Positions 26,093 through 39,926 of a DNA stretch of 64,000 nt are shown in pieces. The stretch spans positions 55,862,001 to 55,926,000 of the forward strand of contig OX597828.1 of assembly GCA_951406725.2 (NCBI GenBank), given 5' to 3'. This stretch comes from Octopus vulgaris (lineage: Eukaryota). Both the position numbers and the translations under genes were made by a program. Position 1 is the stretch's first letter. Each line of letters begins with the position of its first letter. A model generated the notes under the pieces. It saw only the letters and a program-made list of their open reading frames with translations. It had not been told where the DNA came from and searched no databases.

Positions 26093-26322
26093 AGGCGGCG
26101 AGCTGGCAGAAACGTGAGCACGCCGGGCGAAATGCGAAGCCGTATTTCGTCTGCCGTTACGTTCTGAGTTCAAATTCCGCCGAGGTCGACTTTGCCTTTC
26201 ACCCTTTCGGGGTCGATTAAATAAGTAGCAGTTACGCTCTGGGGTCCATATAATCGACTTAATCCGTTTGTCTGTCCTTGTTTGTCCTCTCTGTGTTTAG
26301 CCTCTTGTGGGTAGTAAAGAAA
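26093..26322 (+). mobile_element. Family-B SINE, near full length
   Basis: ggcggcgagctggcagaaacg...; flanked by atatatac(a/g)ttgtccc TSD. Confidence 0.9.
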
Positions 26323-29271
26323 TATATATATACGTTGTCCCTGCATATTTGTTTTATCTTACCCACACACACGCACGCACACACACATATGTACATACAT
26401 TTGTGCGTATAGGTGTGACTGTATGCATTTAAATATATTTTTTTTCTTTTATGAGTGAGTATAAATCCATTACGCTATAATGTGTTTGCAATCAATTCGA
26501 TGTATCGATGATTCTTTCCTATATGAATAATTTATTTGCGATCATTTCCTGTTATTTTGCCTTCTCTGTAGTATTTGTTGAGTTGCGTCTATTAGGCTAA
26601 ATTCCACAAGTCTATACCTATTCAGATATTTACTGGATGAACTTCTACTTTTATTTGCTTGAATGTTTGTGGTTCGTCTGTGTCTACCTACGTAACGCTA
26701 TTTGTGTGTTTGTAATGTGTCCCCAAAAGTTCTAGTTCACTTGGTTTGTCATGGTTTATATTTGTATATATCCCTGTCGACAGTGAATTAGAAGTCATGG
26801 AGGACACGTTAGGAAGGTTGTACCAAATTCTGTACTACTCCTCAGACAACGCCCTGTTTTCAGATTCTGCTTCGATCAAATTTGTGCACTTTACAAAATA
26901 CAACCAGACATATTCTAGCAACTAGTCAATATATATTTCCCATTTCCCATGATCAGCAAAAAAAAAAAAATTTTAAAAAAAAAGCAGAAATTAGGAAGTT
27001 GGACGAAATGTTTGAATTATTTAGTTACGTATATCACATTATACTTCGGTTAGTTTTGCATCAGTAAAAATGTGAGAATTACATGCATCTGCATTATGCA
27101 TATATAATCATTATATGCATATGGCGTTATACATATATCTTTAACTATTCTACCAATATTGCTGAACAACTACTACGCTTCCACTATATAAATGACATAG
27201 AAAAGTTTCTCACTAAACTCCACCACTTAAAATAGCACTTACAAAACAATAAACCTCAGGTAACCCTCACCTGATGGTGGTTACAGCAGTCGCAGTCAAA
27301 GAGAATCCGATCAGAAAGTGACAGTTTACTGTTTGTCTGCACTTATTGCTGCTGGTGTGCAACACAACATACTATTCCAGGCTGGTGAGGCTGTTATTAT
27401 TGCACCTATTTCTGGCGTTTGCATGGGCAGAGTCGGAGATATATTTCTTAAGTTCTGATTAGTAGTATTCTCGTTATGGTAGACATGACTCTATGTGAGT
27501 AGATGGTTGGGTGATTTGTTTTATATTAGTGGCATGACATGGAATCTGGTGACTGAATATTGCCGTATCAACAAACAGCGCTCCTTCAGTGTTCAAGACA
27601 CCTATTTGATGAGTGTACACTGCTTGAATACTGGCACACACATATGAATTGGAGAGTCTTGACATGAACTTTTAAACTTTAGTCGTAGAAATTAACAGCA
27701 TAATCATTATTAGCTGTAATTTAGGAGAATGTAAATTTAAAACTTTTGGGCAAATTGTTAGGAATGGGTGCTATTCTATTGAACCCATGCTGTATGCAAA
27801 TAACGAAGGGATGAACGAAAAAGTGCTGGAAAGTCCATTTGGACAGGATTTGAACTTAGACTGTCAAAGGATGCAATTAAAACTGCAGCTAATTTATTCA
27901 GCTCTCTACAATTTTTGTCGCTCAAAATTTGGGGCAATTAAATGGAAATGAAATATTTAGCGTTTTAATTGGTTCTGGCTTTTGCCCTTTGGCCATGTTG
28001 ACTTCTTCTTTTCAGAGGGAAACCATGTATTTAGGATTACATAATCAAATATCTTTCTCCATTGAAGTCACTTATCTGTGATTTGAACGGGATCTAGCCG
28101 AAAATCACAGTAGGTCGAGCGCCATTCTGTACTGTAGTTTCCGTTTGCCGACTTAATTCTCAATAGATTCCGGTTTCTTAGCATTTCTCTCCGTAATTTA
28201 AAATTTCTATAATCGAATGCATTTTCGATCATAGTCTTTGATTTTCTATTAACTTGCTTCCAAACCTTATTTAATATTTTCGTCATCAGAAAACAGCTAA
28301 TTAATTATAATTTCTAATTGCTAAAACAGTCGATGTCTGATTGCTGAGGGCACATTCTGATATTGTTTCCTTTACTTTGATAATCCACTGTGTAAATTTA
28401 ATAGATCCCTTAACTTCAAGTTGTGTTCATTTTAACAACAGGAGAATTCTATTGGCACATGTAGAATATTGAAACCTAAAGTCTGAAGATTTCCATTCCC
28501 TTCTTATCTTGACCTTTTATTGCCTGATTCTTAAGAATGTTAAATCGCTTTAAAGGGGGAGCAAAATAAAGAAATCCATAACGAGACCTTTCTCGGGCAA
28601 TAATTTGGTATTTACTTCACGCCATTGCAGGGGTTTCCATTTTATTAACGCTGTCTTATGTAACAAAATTTGATTCCAACTTATGCTTCGTTTTAATACA
28701 TTTATATTTTCCAATATCAACAAATGGAGAACAGCTATTGGAATATATATAATTATAAATTAATGTCGATTCAAAATTTTACTTTGCCTTTATTTACAAA
28801 TATAATTAATCGTAAACCATAAAAAGTGATACAATTTTCTAATGCATTTTATACGGTTCTATAGACCTTGTCAGTCTAGTTATGTTAGATCAATGTTTTA
28901 ATTACTTCTATACTTGTAGACATTTTTTAATAACTTTAGCACAAGCCCTGCAATTTTGCTTTTAATTATAGGAAGTTTTTCTTGTAAGGAAGGAGATAAA
29001 CATCATCAGGGGTTGCAGACAACAAGATCAAATTCGCTTGTTGAACTTGAGAGAAGTCTTGCGTAATCTTAATGTTTCACCTACAGACTGTATTTGTAGT
29101 GTCGATTGATTTCTTTTTCGAAAACCTTAGATTTCCAGACTGTAACTTTGGCATTTACTCACAAACCCAAATGCAGCAATGATTATTGGTGTAAATTGGA
29201 ATTTCTAACTTGAGTATTGAATCAGGAGATTTCAAAACAGTTGTCAGTAGTTATTCGTTTGCTCGTATGTC

Positions 29272-29984
29272 ATGTATGTATGTATGTATGTATGTATGTA
29301 TGTATGTATGTATGTATGTATGTATGGAAATCTAAGTTTTTTGTTTTTCTTAAGGCTGTATCATGCGCGGGGACATAGAAATAATCGGACTAAATACACG
29401 ATCGCGCGGTTAAACCATTGGGAGTGAAGGACTCCTAGGGCATCCTTCTAGGAGAAGGTAACTCAGGTAACTGGGATAACTCCGACATAAAACCTGCGGC
29501 TCAGTGGTTACCGATGATGTTGACTTGTTCTTCTTTTCGGATTATGGCTGCTGTTGCTTAGTGAGTGGGATTGACTCTGTGCACAATGACATTGCACAAT
29601 GAGGCATTGCACAATGACAGCATTGTTCATGATTGTTGATGTTGCTGTGAGTCTCAACTGAATGGCTGGCTGTAGCCTTAAAAAGCAATTAAAAGTCACA
29701 TTCGATCACAGCACCAATAACAGTTAAGCTTCGTGCAATGGCCATACTCGAGAACGAGGGTCAGCCATCGTGTATGTATGTATGTATGTATGTATGTATG
29801 TATGTATGTATGTATGTATGTATGTATGTATGTATGTATGCATGTATGTATGTATGTATGTATGCATGCATGCATGTATGTATGTATGCATGCATGTATG
29901 TATGTATGTATGTATGTATGTATGTATGTATGTATGTATGTATGCATGCACGTATGTATGTATATATGTATGTATGTATGTATG

Positions 29985-30018
<34 letters not shown>

Positions 30019-30040
30019 TGTATATATGTATGTATGTATG
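29272..30040. repeat. (ATGT)n arrays split by a GC-richer insert (about 29330-29770)
   Basis: Direct read. Confidence 0.85.
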
Positions 30041-30202
30041 TGCATAAATGTATGTTTGTATTTCTATGTGCCGGTGCAGCTGTTTAGTCCCACGTCAGCT
30101 CTTGTTGAACAGATACATTCAGGACATTTCAGTCACGAAAATGCCATCTTTCCGCCAGTCAGATTCTTTAGTATTCATTATCACACATAAAAACGCATCG
30201 TT

Positions 30203-30520
30203 ATGTGGCTAGAGCGTCAGCCTTATAATCATGAGGCTGTGATTTCGATCCCAGACTGAGTTGAGTGTTGTGTTCTTGAGCAAGACACTTTATTTCATGA
30301 CGTTTCTTTTCAACCAGCTATAGAAATGAACTAAGACGTCACCGCTGCTAAGGTGTATCAACCTTTGATTTTTTTCTTGGATTGCATCAGCGAAGTGGAC
30401 ACGAGAGACTGCTATGCTTGGGCGACTGCTTATCTTCCACAAACAGCCTTGCCCGCACTTGTGCATTGGAGGGGAACTTTCTAGGTGCAATCCTCTGGAC
30501 ATTCGTAGCGGAAGGGCGTC
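30203..30520 (+). mobile_element. Degraded SINE sharing its 3' tail with the 38415 copy
   Basis: tttcgatcccag...gttcttgagcaagacac...gggcgactgct...aactttctaggtg. Confidence 0.7.
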
Positions 30521-31403
30521 GTTATTCTTTCATCAACCCTTATAATTTTTCTTTCTTTATGACGGTAGGATGTGATTAAACAAAAGTTTCGGCTGCTACT
30601 TCTATCCGCTCGAACGACCGTATAGACAAGTTCTTATTAGTTATTCGGTTCTGTTCTTTTTGAAATCGTGTATGTAACGTTCTTGTAAATATTTGAGCAT
30701 ACATGCAAACCCAAAGTAGTGAAGATCGTCATCCGGTTTCGTGTGAGTGCAGGATTTTCAGTCTTCGTATGTGAAGGTATTTGTCTGTATATGTGCCTTG
30801 TGCGATGAGTTTGTGTGTACATAAGTTAATGAATGCGCGTGTATATATGCATTTCTGTACAAATGTATGTTGTTTTCTTTATGGAACACCAACATCCTAT
30901 TTTGCAAACAGATCCACGGAATGTTCTCACCATTCCTTCCGTTACAGCTCGACATACGTTTGATTTTATTACTATTTATGTTGATGTTCGCATCCTTGCT
31001 GTCTTCCATGTTGTTGTAATTCTGTTTGGTCTTGTTGTTGTTGTGCTTGATGTTGTTGTTGTTGCTACTGATGTTGTTGGTATTCTTATTAGAATAGCTT
31101 GATTCTCTGTAGGTCATTATGCTGCATACTTCTGTAAGCATCCATCCGAAAGATAAGGTTCTAATCAATAATGTATGCTTTTGTATGTATTGTATCTGAA
31201 CATTAGCAAAGCTCTCTTCCTTATCTTTCGCTTCTTCCTTTCGCTTTTCTTCAAACTTAGATTTTCTTCCTTTCTTCCATTTTCTTTTATCATAGGCATA
31301 ATGCATATGTGGTTGTATTTGTATGTGACTTCTTAGTGTGTGCGCGTGTATATATGTACATATATCTCTATAGACACGTAGATTTATCAACAAAGTAGCA
31401 TAT

Positions 31404-31495
<92 letters not shown>

Positions 31496-31621
31496 GTATG
31501 TATGTATGTATATGTATGTATATGTATATAAACATATATGTATATGTATGTATATGTATATAAATATATATGTATATGTATGTATATATATATATATATA
31601 TATATGTGTATATATATATAT

Positions 31622-31686
<65 letters not shown>

Positions 31687-31804
31687 TATGTGAGTATATA
31701 TGTGTACATATTTCAATGTATGAACAAATATATGTGAGTGTGTCTGTGTGTGTATATATCCAGATAATATGTAAATATAGTTACCGTAATTAGCATACAT
31801 GAAT

Positions 31805-31849
<45 letters not shown>

Positions 31850-32377
31850 TGGCATAATCCTATGGTTGGAGCATATCGCTTTAGAATTCTGCACAAGTCT
31901 CAGGCCAAAATTATATTCATTTAGTCCTCTAGCAGTTCTTGTAAAAGAGTCATGGAATCATGTGTCAATTTGTTAGATATCAACTTAAAAGATTAAAGAC
32001 AGGATATAACACTCACCATTATTATTAACCGTTTATTGTCTTATAACTGCTTCTAAACGTTGACGCACGAACTTAATGCTTGGCGTCGCTCTTGAGCCTC
32101 ATTTTTGCTTGCCGAGAGACAGGAATCAACAAGAAATAAGTTATGCCCAATGGCACAGCACATCTCTCAGTCTGGGGGATGGAAAGAATTATCGTACGAT
32201 CGAGGGCCTAGATGTTAACCTCAAAATCATACAATTACACAGAATGTAATGTAGATATAAAATTAAGAGATAATAAATATCAGATTGAAAGAGATATTTG
32301 GGTCGTTGTAATCGACTATGAACAAGCCTTGACTGGGGTTTATCAGTATAATTGTAGATTAATAATTAGTATCAATA

Positions 32378-32447
<70 letters not shown>

Positions 32448-32745
32448 AATAATAATGGGTAAAATTAATTAATCAATTAATAATTAATAATTTTACCTAG
32501 TAGTTCGGTATGTTAAAAGAACCATTATCGGTAACCTTATACAACGATTCTATAATTATAAGCATAATTATAATTAGGTTTCAGCAAAAAATGCTTCACC
32601 ACATACCGAAATTTAGAAATAGCAGTTAAATTCTGCTATTTCTCAGAAATAGCAGTTAAATACCTTTTTATCTAGTTCTCATCAGTGTCTCCACAAAGCT
32701 TCCATCTATCTTTCTACTAGAGCCACCATCGACAACGTCGTCACT

Positions 32746-32924
32746 CTTCTTCTTCTTCTTCTTCTTCTTCTTCTTCTTCTTCTTCTTCTTCTTCTTCTTC
32801 TTCTTCTTCTTCTTCTTCTTCTTCTTCTTCTTCTTCTTCTTCTTCTTCTTCTTCTTCTTCTTCTTCTTCTTCTTCTTCTTCTTCTTCTTCTTCTTCTTCT
32901 TCTTCTTCTTCTTCTTCTTCTTCT
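32746..32924. repeat. Pure (CTT)n tract, about 59 units
   Basis: Direct read. Confidence 0.95.
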
Positions 32925-32988
32925 CCTTACCTATTTCTCTACCCTAACTCCTTGTTTTCAGTCATTTCGTAATCCACATACACCGACT

Positions 32989-33038
<50 letters not shown>

Positions 33039-33787
33039 CTCTATCTCTATCTATCAATATATATGTATATACATATATATATGTGTGTATATGTCTGTCT
33101 ATATGACTATCTGTCTTTTGTCTGTCTGTCTGTCTACCCTATCTATCTATCTATCTATCTATATACGTAAGTATATATACGTAAGTATATATACGTATAT
33201 TTATGTATATATATATATATAGTATAATATATTATAATATGTATATTTGTATGTATTGTATATGTATGCGTATATTTATGTAGGTATGTATATAGTCTTC
33301 TTTCTCTCATTACCACAACTCAAGTGATTCAAGATTCCTTTATGGTTCTCTGTACTCGACAGACATAACAAGTGCATCGTACATCATGAATCGACTAGTC
33401 ATTGCTAAATCCTATTCAAAACAATCATAATTAATGAACTGTGCAGTCTGTTGATAACACGCACAACACTACACGACGTAGACGAAACAAAAACATTTTT
33501 GTGCGACTGTAAAGTGTTAGGTGTACCAGTGTATGTGACTGCGTCTATACGTAAGTGTGTGACTGTGCACTGGGTGGTATTTATATATTCATGTATGTAA
33601 AATAGCGTATCTAAGAGTGTTTATATTATATATAAATCCGTGTGTCTGCGTGAGTGTGTGTGTGAGAGTCTGTGTGTGTTAGAGCATGGTTCTGTGATAG
33701 TATGTAATATGTACAGATTCTATATGAAAACCAGTCTCTCAACTTCTCTCTCTCTCACTCTCTCTCTCTCACTCACTCTCTCTATAT

Positions 33788-33853
<66 letters not shown>

Positions 33854-34219
33854 GGGGTATAAATCTTATGCGTGGATGAGCGTTTATAACTTTTCGCAGA
33901 ATATTCATATCATCAACCGCTCATTAAGCACATAGGTCTCACAATATTTTGCAAGATCGATAGTTCGATTTATTGATTTATTCGTATTTCAGCTCCAGCA
34001 ATATTAGCATTGATTAATTTTGTATTTGATCACTGTAGTGTATTTATTTATGCTCCGTTTCATATCTTCCGCTCCTGTATATGTGCAGGGTGCATATAGA
34101 CATACACACACTCATTCATGCATACATACATACAGTCGTGAATACATACATGCATAATACATACTTTCACATACATACATTTATAAATGTATAAATATAT
34201 ATAATATATACGTATATGC

Positions 34220-34282
<63 letters not shown>

Positions 34283-34569
34283 GTTGCTATTATGCAAAAA
34301 TGTCATATGTCCAAAACGTTGATTTTCAGCAAACGAAAAAATTGTTTCACCATTCCATTTCACTACACTTTGACAATTTTTTCTTTCTTGGCATCTGAAG
34401 CAGCTGGAGATACGATAGGTTGACCAAAACAACCGACTGTTGCAAGCAACTATAAATATCGAAAAAACAAAAAAAAATGAAAGAAAACGCATTTCCCTAA
34501 ATTTGGACATACGGCAGTTGAAAATAATAACAACGATATGTATATATAATATATATATATATATTCTTA

Positions 34570-34775
34570 TGCTTGTTTCATTCATTTGACTGCGGCCTTA
34601 TTGGAGCACCACCTTTAATCGAAGAAATCGTTCCCAGGACGTATTCTTTGTAAGCCCCGTACTTATATCGTTTTTTTTTTTTTGCGAACCGTTAAGTATT
34701 AGGGTCGTAAAAATGCCAACATCTGTTGTCAAGCGATGGCGGGGGACAAAAACAGACACACAGACACACAATCAT
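34570..34775 (-). mobile_element. Family-C SINE 3' portion
   Basis: ttgtttcattcatttgactgcggcc...ttgtcaagcgatg...ggggacaaa. Confidence 0.8.
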
Positions 34776-34830
34776 ATACATATATCTCACGTGCTGGTTG
34801 TTCAGTTGATCGGCTGTTTGCGTGCGTGTG

Positions 34831-34865
<35 letters not shown>

Positions 34866-34868
<3 letters not shown>

Positions 34869-35295
34869 TGCAATAAGAAAATGGAGGAGATCAAGAGGTG
34901 GTGTTCATCAACATTTAGACATTATATTATGTCTATTTATCTATTAAAAAATCATTTATAACAATATACATGCATGTATAACATATTATGCTTTACATAT
35001 ATGATATATAAAAATACTAGTAATAATTAATACGCGGAAATTTATTACTTTTAGTAACAACTAATATCACAGGTATTACTATAACTACTCTAAGCCCACT
35101 TATTGTGGACCTTTGTCTAAAGCCCTCAATAGAAAACATATCGCATGTTTATATGAATATACATATGTTTGGGTATAATTATTACTTTTATTATAATTAT
35201 ATAAAAACAAAAATACGAACTACTGCAATAATCCTCCCTTTTCATCACATGTCATATGTATGTACGGCTACGCTTGTACGTAATATATATATATG

Positions 35296-35375
<80 letters not shown>

Positions 35376-35397
35376 GTATATATGTATATATTGTATA

Positions 35398-35452
<55 letters not shown>

Positions 35453-36092
35453 TCCTCATTTATATACCTTTTCATTCCTACATAATTACAATAGACTTCA
35501 GATATATTAATTTTTAAAATTCCACTATTATTTCTCTATTGATAACTTTCTCCTTCCTTTGTTTATACTTTATCTAATAAGTATAATATAATACACCCAA
35601 TAATAATAATAATTAATACCCTTGTATGCATATACATATAAATATATATATGTGTTAATGTATATTTATGTATATGTATGTATATGTAAAAGTGTATATA
35701 TATTTATGTATTTATATTTATAACTTAACCTTATGAACTTTCTAAACTCTGCGATGAACCCCAGAGACACACCCAAGTACCTTAATCTAATCTTCCAAAT
35801 ACTTCAGTTCACTGAAAGATGGAAGTAGAGTGGGGTACTATGACCTCTTGGCTGAAACAGCTGTAAGATACTATCCTCCTTTCTATGCTCTACATTATAT
35901 AATTTAATAATTACTGGTATTTTTTATATATTATATATGTAAAGCATAATATGTTATACATACATACATATGTATATATATATACATATTGTTATAATTA
36001 TTTTGTTAAAAAATAGATAAATACATATAATATAATGTCTAAAGATTGATGAATACCACCACTTGATCCCCTCCATTTTCTTATTGCTGTAT
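34866..36092. repeat. Inverted repeat pair (~165-185 bp) about 0.9 kb apart, PLE-like terminus
   Basis: caataagaaaatggagg...atattatgctttacatat...tactagtaa (34866-35030) versus its reverse complement (35905-36092); hammerhead-like motif immediately before the right arm. Confidence 0.8.
35748..35868 (+). ncRNA. Hammerhead-like motif with long (~95 nt) stem II
   Basis: tct-GCGATGA-...ccagag...agtacc...cttcca...tggaag...ggtact...ctcttgg..-GAAACAGCTGTA-aga. Confidence 0.45.
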
Positions 36093-36303
36093 AAATAAGG
36101 GTAAAAAAGGGTAAAAAAATTATGGTATAAAAATCTTTTTACCCTCACCCATTTACTACATTCAGTAGTGTAATTGCCATGCAATGAAAAACCGCTTGTT
36201 TATTAAGAATTAGGTATTCTACCAGTACTATATTGGATAGATATTATCCCTTAGCTGGTTGCATTCACAAACTCTAACTCTCTTGGAATTATATACATAT
36301 ATA

Positions 36304-36489
36304 TGCCATGATAGATCGTTAGCCAATTCACACATTTTTTTCTCTCCTTGATTTCCCTGTGTCCCTTTCTGTAGAAGAGCGTAGGCTCGAAACGTAAAAT
36401 ACTTTTTCTATTCCTGAGCGTTATACTAATACAACTGTTTGTTTTGTACACCACCTGTCTTCGTCCTTTATTTTTTTTTCGCAAACTCT

Positions 36490-36492
<3 letters not shown>
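36304..36492 (+). mobile_element. Short PLE 3'-terminal fragment (same family as 14417-14640)
   Basis: ctttctgtagaagagcgtaggctcgaaacgtaaaa...cctgagcg..tactaataca...ccacctg.cttcgtc, ending in (TA)n. Confidence 0.75.
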
Positions 36493-36530
<38 letters not shown>

Positions 36531-36704
36531 TCCATAAGGAATATATGTGTGTTGTATGCATAACATTCCATTGATAACGCGTGATTATTGTAACACGTGC
36601 GTAGGTGGGATTACTTGTGTGTGTAAATTTGTAGGATATGTGTGTGCGTAAGTCTACATATATGATAGTTATCTCTAAATTTCTGAATGTAGATGTGCAA
36701 TACA

Positions 36705-36869
<165 letters not shown>

Positions 36870-36877
36870 ATATATGT

Positions 36878-36946
<69 letters not shown>

Positions 36947-37407
36947 CGTGCGTGCGCGTATACACACACATATAAACATACACACAAACACACAGCGGTT
37001 ACCACTGAAGTAGACATCAAAATACTCCTCATACAATCATTCACCATGTAAGTTGGTAAGACTTGGTTGCGATAACAGAATAGAGCGATAGAAATTACAA
37101 TACAAAACACAATAGAGAAATATAATTAAAATCAGAAAACGAGCGCCTAATATCCTTGCTTCTGATTTTTCGCGTCCGGAACTATAGAAACCTAACATGA
37201 CCAGAACCTTTCCATTTTGGTTTTGAAGAGAGAATAAATAACTTTATTCTTTCCACTACATCATAAACGATGTTTCTTGATCATCTTAGAAATTTGGGAA
37301 TTATCAAGATGTCTAAGATTGAAGATAGAAGTTATAAGTGTACACACACACACACACACACACGCACAAACACACACACACACACACACTCGCGTATACG
37401 ATATCGA

Positions 37408-37519
37408 CTCAGGTGAGGCTGTGTGGTAAGAAGCTTTCTTTCCAACCCCGAGGGCCGACCAAAGACTTGCGAGTAGATTTGCTAGACGGAAACTGAAACA
37501 AGGCTATCATATATATATG

Positions 37520-37556
<37 letters not shown>

Positions 37557-37800
37557 ATGTGTGCTGGTGCACGTGTGTTCGTGCGTATATATGTGTGTCT
37601 GTTTTTCTCCACCCACTATTGCTTGACAACCGATGTTGGTAGGATTACGTCCCCGCAACTTAGTGTTTCAGGAAAAGAGACCGATAGAATAAGCACTAGG
37701 CTTACAAAGAATAAGTCCTGAGGTCGATTTGTTCGACTAAAGGCGGTGCTCCAGCATGGCCGCAGTCAAATGACTGAAAACATAAGCGGATAAAGGAATA
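37408..37800 (+). mobile_element. Family-C SINE
   Basis: ggctgtgtggtaagaag...ccgatagaataag...ccagcatggccgcagtcaaatgactgaaa. Confidence 0.85.
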
Positions 37801-38413
37801 CAACAAGAAGAATGAGAATAAGAGAGGGAGGGAGAAAGAGACATTTGAATAGTCTCCCTCTCCTCTTACACAGAAAAGCATGCTCATACACATAAACACA
37901 AAAGAGAAAGAGGATGGCAGTGAAAGAGGGGAAAGGAAGCGAGGTGTGGTAGAGAACGAGAGAAACATTAAAAAGGAAATATTAAAATGACTGCTGTCAA
38001 ATAAGTCAGCGTCGAATCAGTGATGCCAAATACACGGCGCTAAAACATCTCGGACACATATAAAAGCATACATGTTTATTGAGGTAGAAGCAAGTGTCCA
38101 TCGTTGTCCTGTTATCTTCAGAAAAAAAGAACACAGTGTCTTTTCTGTAATAGCTTGTCAATTCCAGAGAATTCTTGATTCTTGAGAATGTCACTGAGAA
38201 GTGAGGGAGAGGGAGAGTTTTTGAGTAGGTGTGTGTGTGCTATTGTATGTTTTAATCCTGTCTAGCCGACGATAACATGTATTATAGAAGATTCAATGCT
38301 GCTTTTAATTTGGATACAGAGAAAGTTTTTGACATCTTATTCTAAGCATGAATCTAACGCGTAATTTCACACTTCCTTCAATATTCGTTCAACTTTGATT
38401 AGTGTTACATAAG

Positions 38414-38926
38414 TGGATGCGCAATGGCCTAGTCATTAGGGCAGCGGACTCGCGGTCGTAGGATCGCGGTTTCGATTCCCAGACCGGGCATCGTGAGTGT
38501 TTATTGAGCGAAAACACCTAAAAGCTCCACGAGTCACCGGCAGAGGGTGGTGGTGAACCCTGCTGTACTCTTTCACCACAAATTTCTCTCACTCTTTCTT
38601 CCTGTTTCTGTTGTACCTGTATTTCAAAGGGCCAGCCTTGTCACACTCTGTGTCATGCTGAATCTCCCCGAAAACTACCTTAAAGGCACACGTGTCTGTG
38701 GAGTGCTCAGCCACCTGCACGTTAATAATTGAGCTGCGACGTCAATGGTGCCAAGCTGTATCGACCTTTGCCTTTCCTTTCGATAACATGGGTGGCGTGG
38801 AGAGGGGAGGCTGGTATGCGTGGGCGACTGCTGGTCTTCCATAAAAAAACTTTGCACAGACTTTTACCTCGGAGGGTAACTTTCTAGGTGTAATTCCATG
38901 GTCATTCATGACCGAAAGAGGTCACA
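38414..38926 (+). mobile_element. Family-A SINE, long form
   Basis: tRNA-like head; 13-bp TSD agtgttacataag (38401-38413 / 38927-38939). Confidence 0.9.
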
Positions 38927-39237
38927 AGTGTTACATAAGGAAGACAGTTACGAACATATGGTGACACTTTAAATGTACATACCTTGAGTTTACTTGTATA
39001 ATTATTGTAATATAATGTATAGCACCCAAACATTTACGGTGGATATAATTTCATGCAACAGAATATGTTACGTATATTTGCAAATATTACATGTTCATGT
39101 CATGAATATATGAACAAAAGTGACGTTGGATAATTGAACATAAATATCCTTGCAATACCTCACTGCTTCGTTGTACAAGGGAGCCCTTATATATGTATAA
39201 CAGTAGTACTATTACTAGCTATATAATTTATGATAAA

Positions 39238-39435
39238 GGCGGCGAGCTGGCAGAAACGTTAGCACGCCGGGCGAAATGCGTTGCCGTATTTCATCTGTCG
39301 ATACGTTCCGAGTTCAAATTACGCCGAGGTCGACTTTGCCTTTCATCCTTTCGGGGTCGATAAATTAAGTACCAGTTACGCACCGGGGTCGATGTAATAG
39401 ACTTTGTCTGTCCTTGTTTGAATAGTAATAAAGAA
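39238..39435 (+). mobile_element. Family-B SINE
   Basis: ggcggcgagctggcagaaacgttagcacgccgggcg... Confidence 0.9.
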
Positions 39436-39529
39436 CTTGGTGGATATGAATTTGATTTTACCATGAACGATCAAATTAATACTAAATTTGAGAGAAATAT
39501 AAAAAATTATCTTTACAATTGTTCTAAAC

Positions 39530-39926
39530 GAAAATGCTGTTATGTAAAAATAAAAGTGTTAGATTAAAAATGCAAAATATAGATGTAAAGTTACATCTGA
39601 GGGTAATGGCTACTTTTACATCGGTGCGACATCATTAATTTTGAAGGAGAGACTGGCAAATCATTTGAGTTCATTTAGAGATAAAAATGAAAGATTCCAA
39701 ACAAGTCTTAATAAATTAATGTGGTCTAGTAAAGTCAGAAACAAAGACTATACTATGGATTGGGAATTAATTTGTACGGGCAAAACCATACAGACATGGA
39801 ACTAAAAGATGTGATCTATGTTTAGAAGAATTTTCCCAAATTTTTACATCTAAGCGTAATTTGATAAATTCTAGACAGGAACAAGCTTTGAGATGCTTTC
39901 GCATGGAGAAATTCACATTAGCCTAG
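39530..39926 (+). pseudogene. Penelope-like element GIY-YIG endonuclease remnant (Naiad-like architecture)
   Basis: YRCKVTSEGNGYFYIGATSLILKERLANHLSSF...TSLNKLMW...MDWELI/(frameshift)/KPYRHGTKRCDLCLEE...LINSRQE...C; YIG at 39617-39625. Confidence 0.85.

Noticed and set aside
28040-28910. Non-repetitive stretch with a 72-aa minus-strand ORF
   Set aside because: No recognisable motif or convincing splice signals.
30758-31627. 289-aa minus-strand ORF
   Set aside because: Mostly (TA)n/(CAA)n low-complexity translation with no recognisable domain.
32610-32690. Minus-strand CTGATGA...GAAATAGCAG hairpin as a hammerhead
   Set aside because: No stem I complementarity and extra bases before GAAA; better explained by repeated gaaatagcag motifs.
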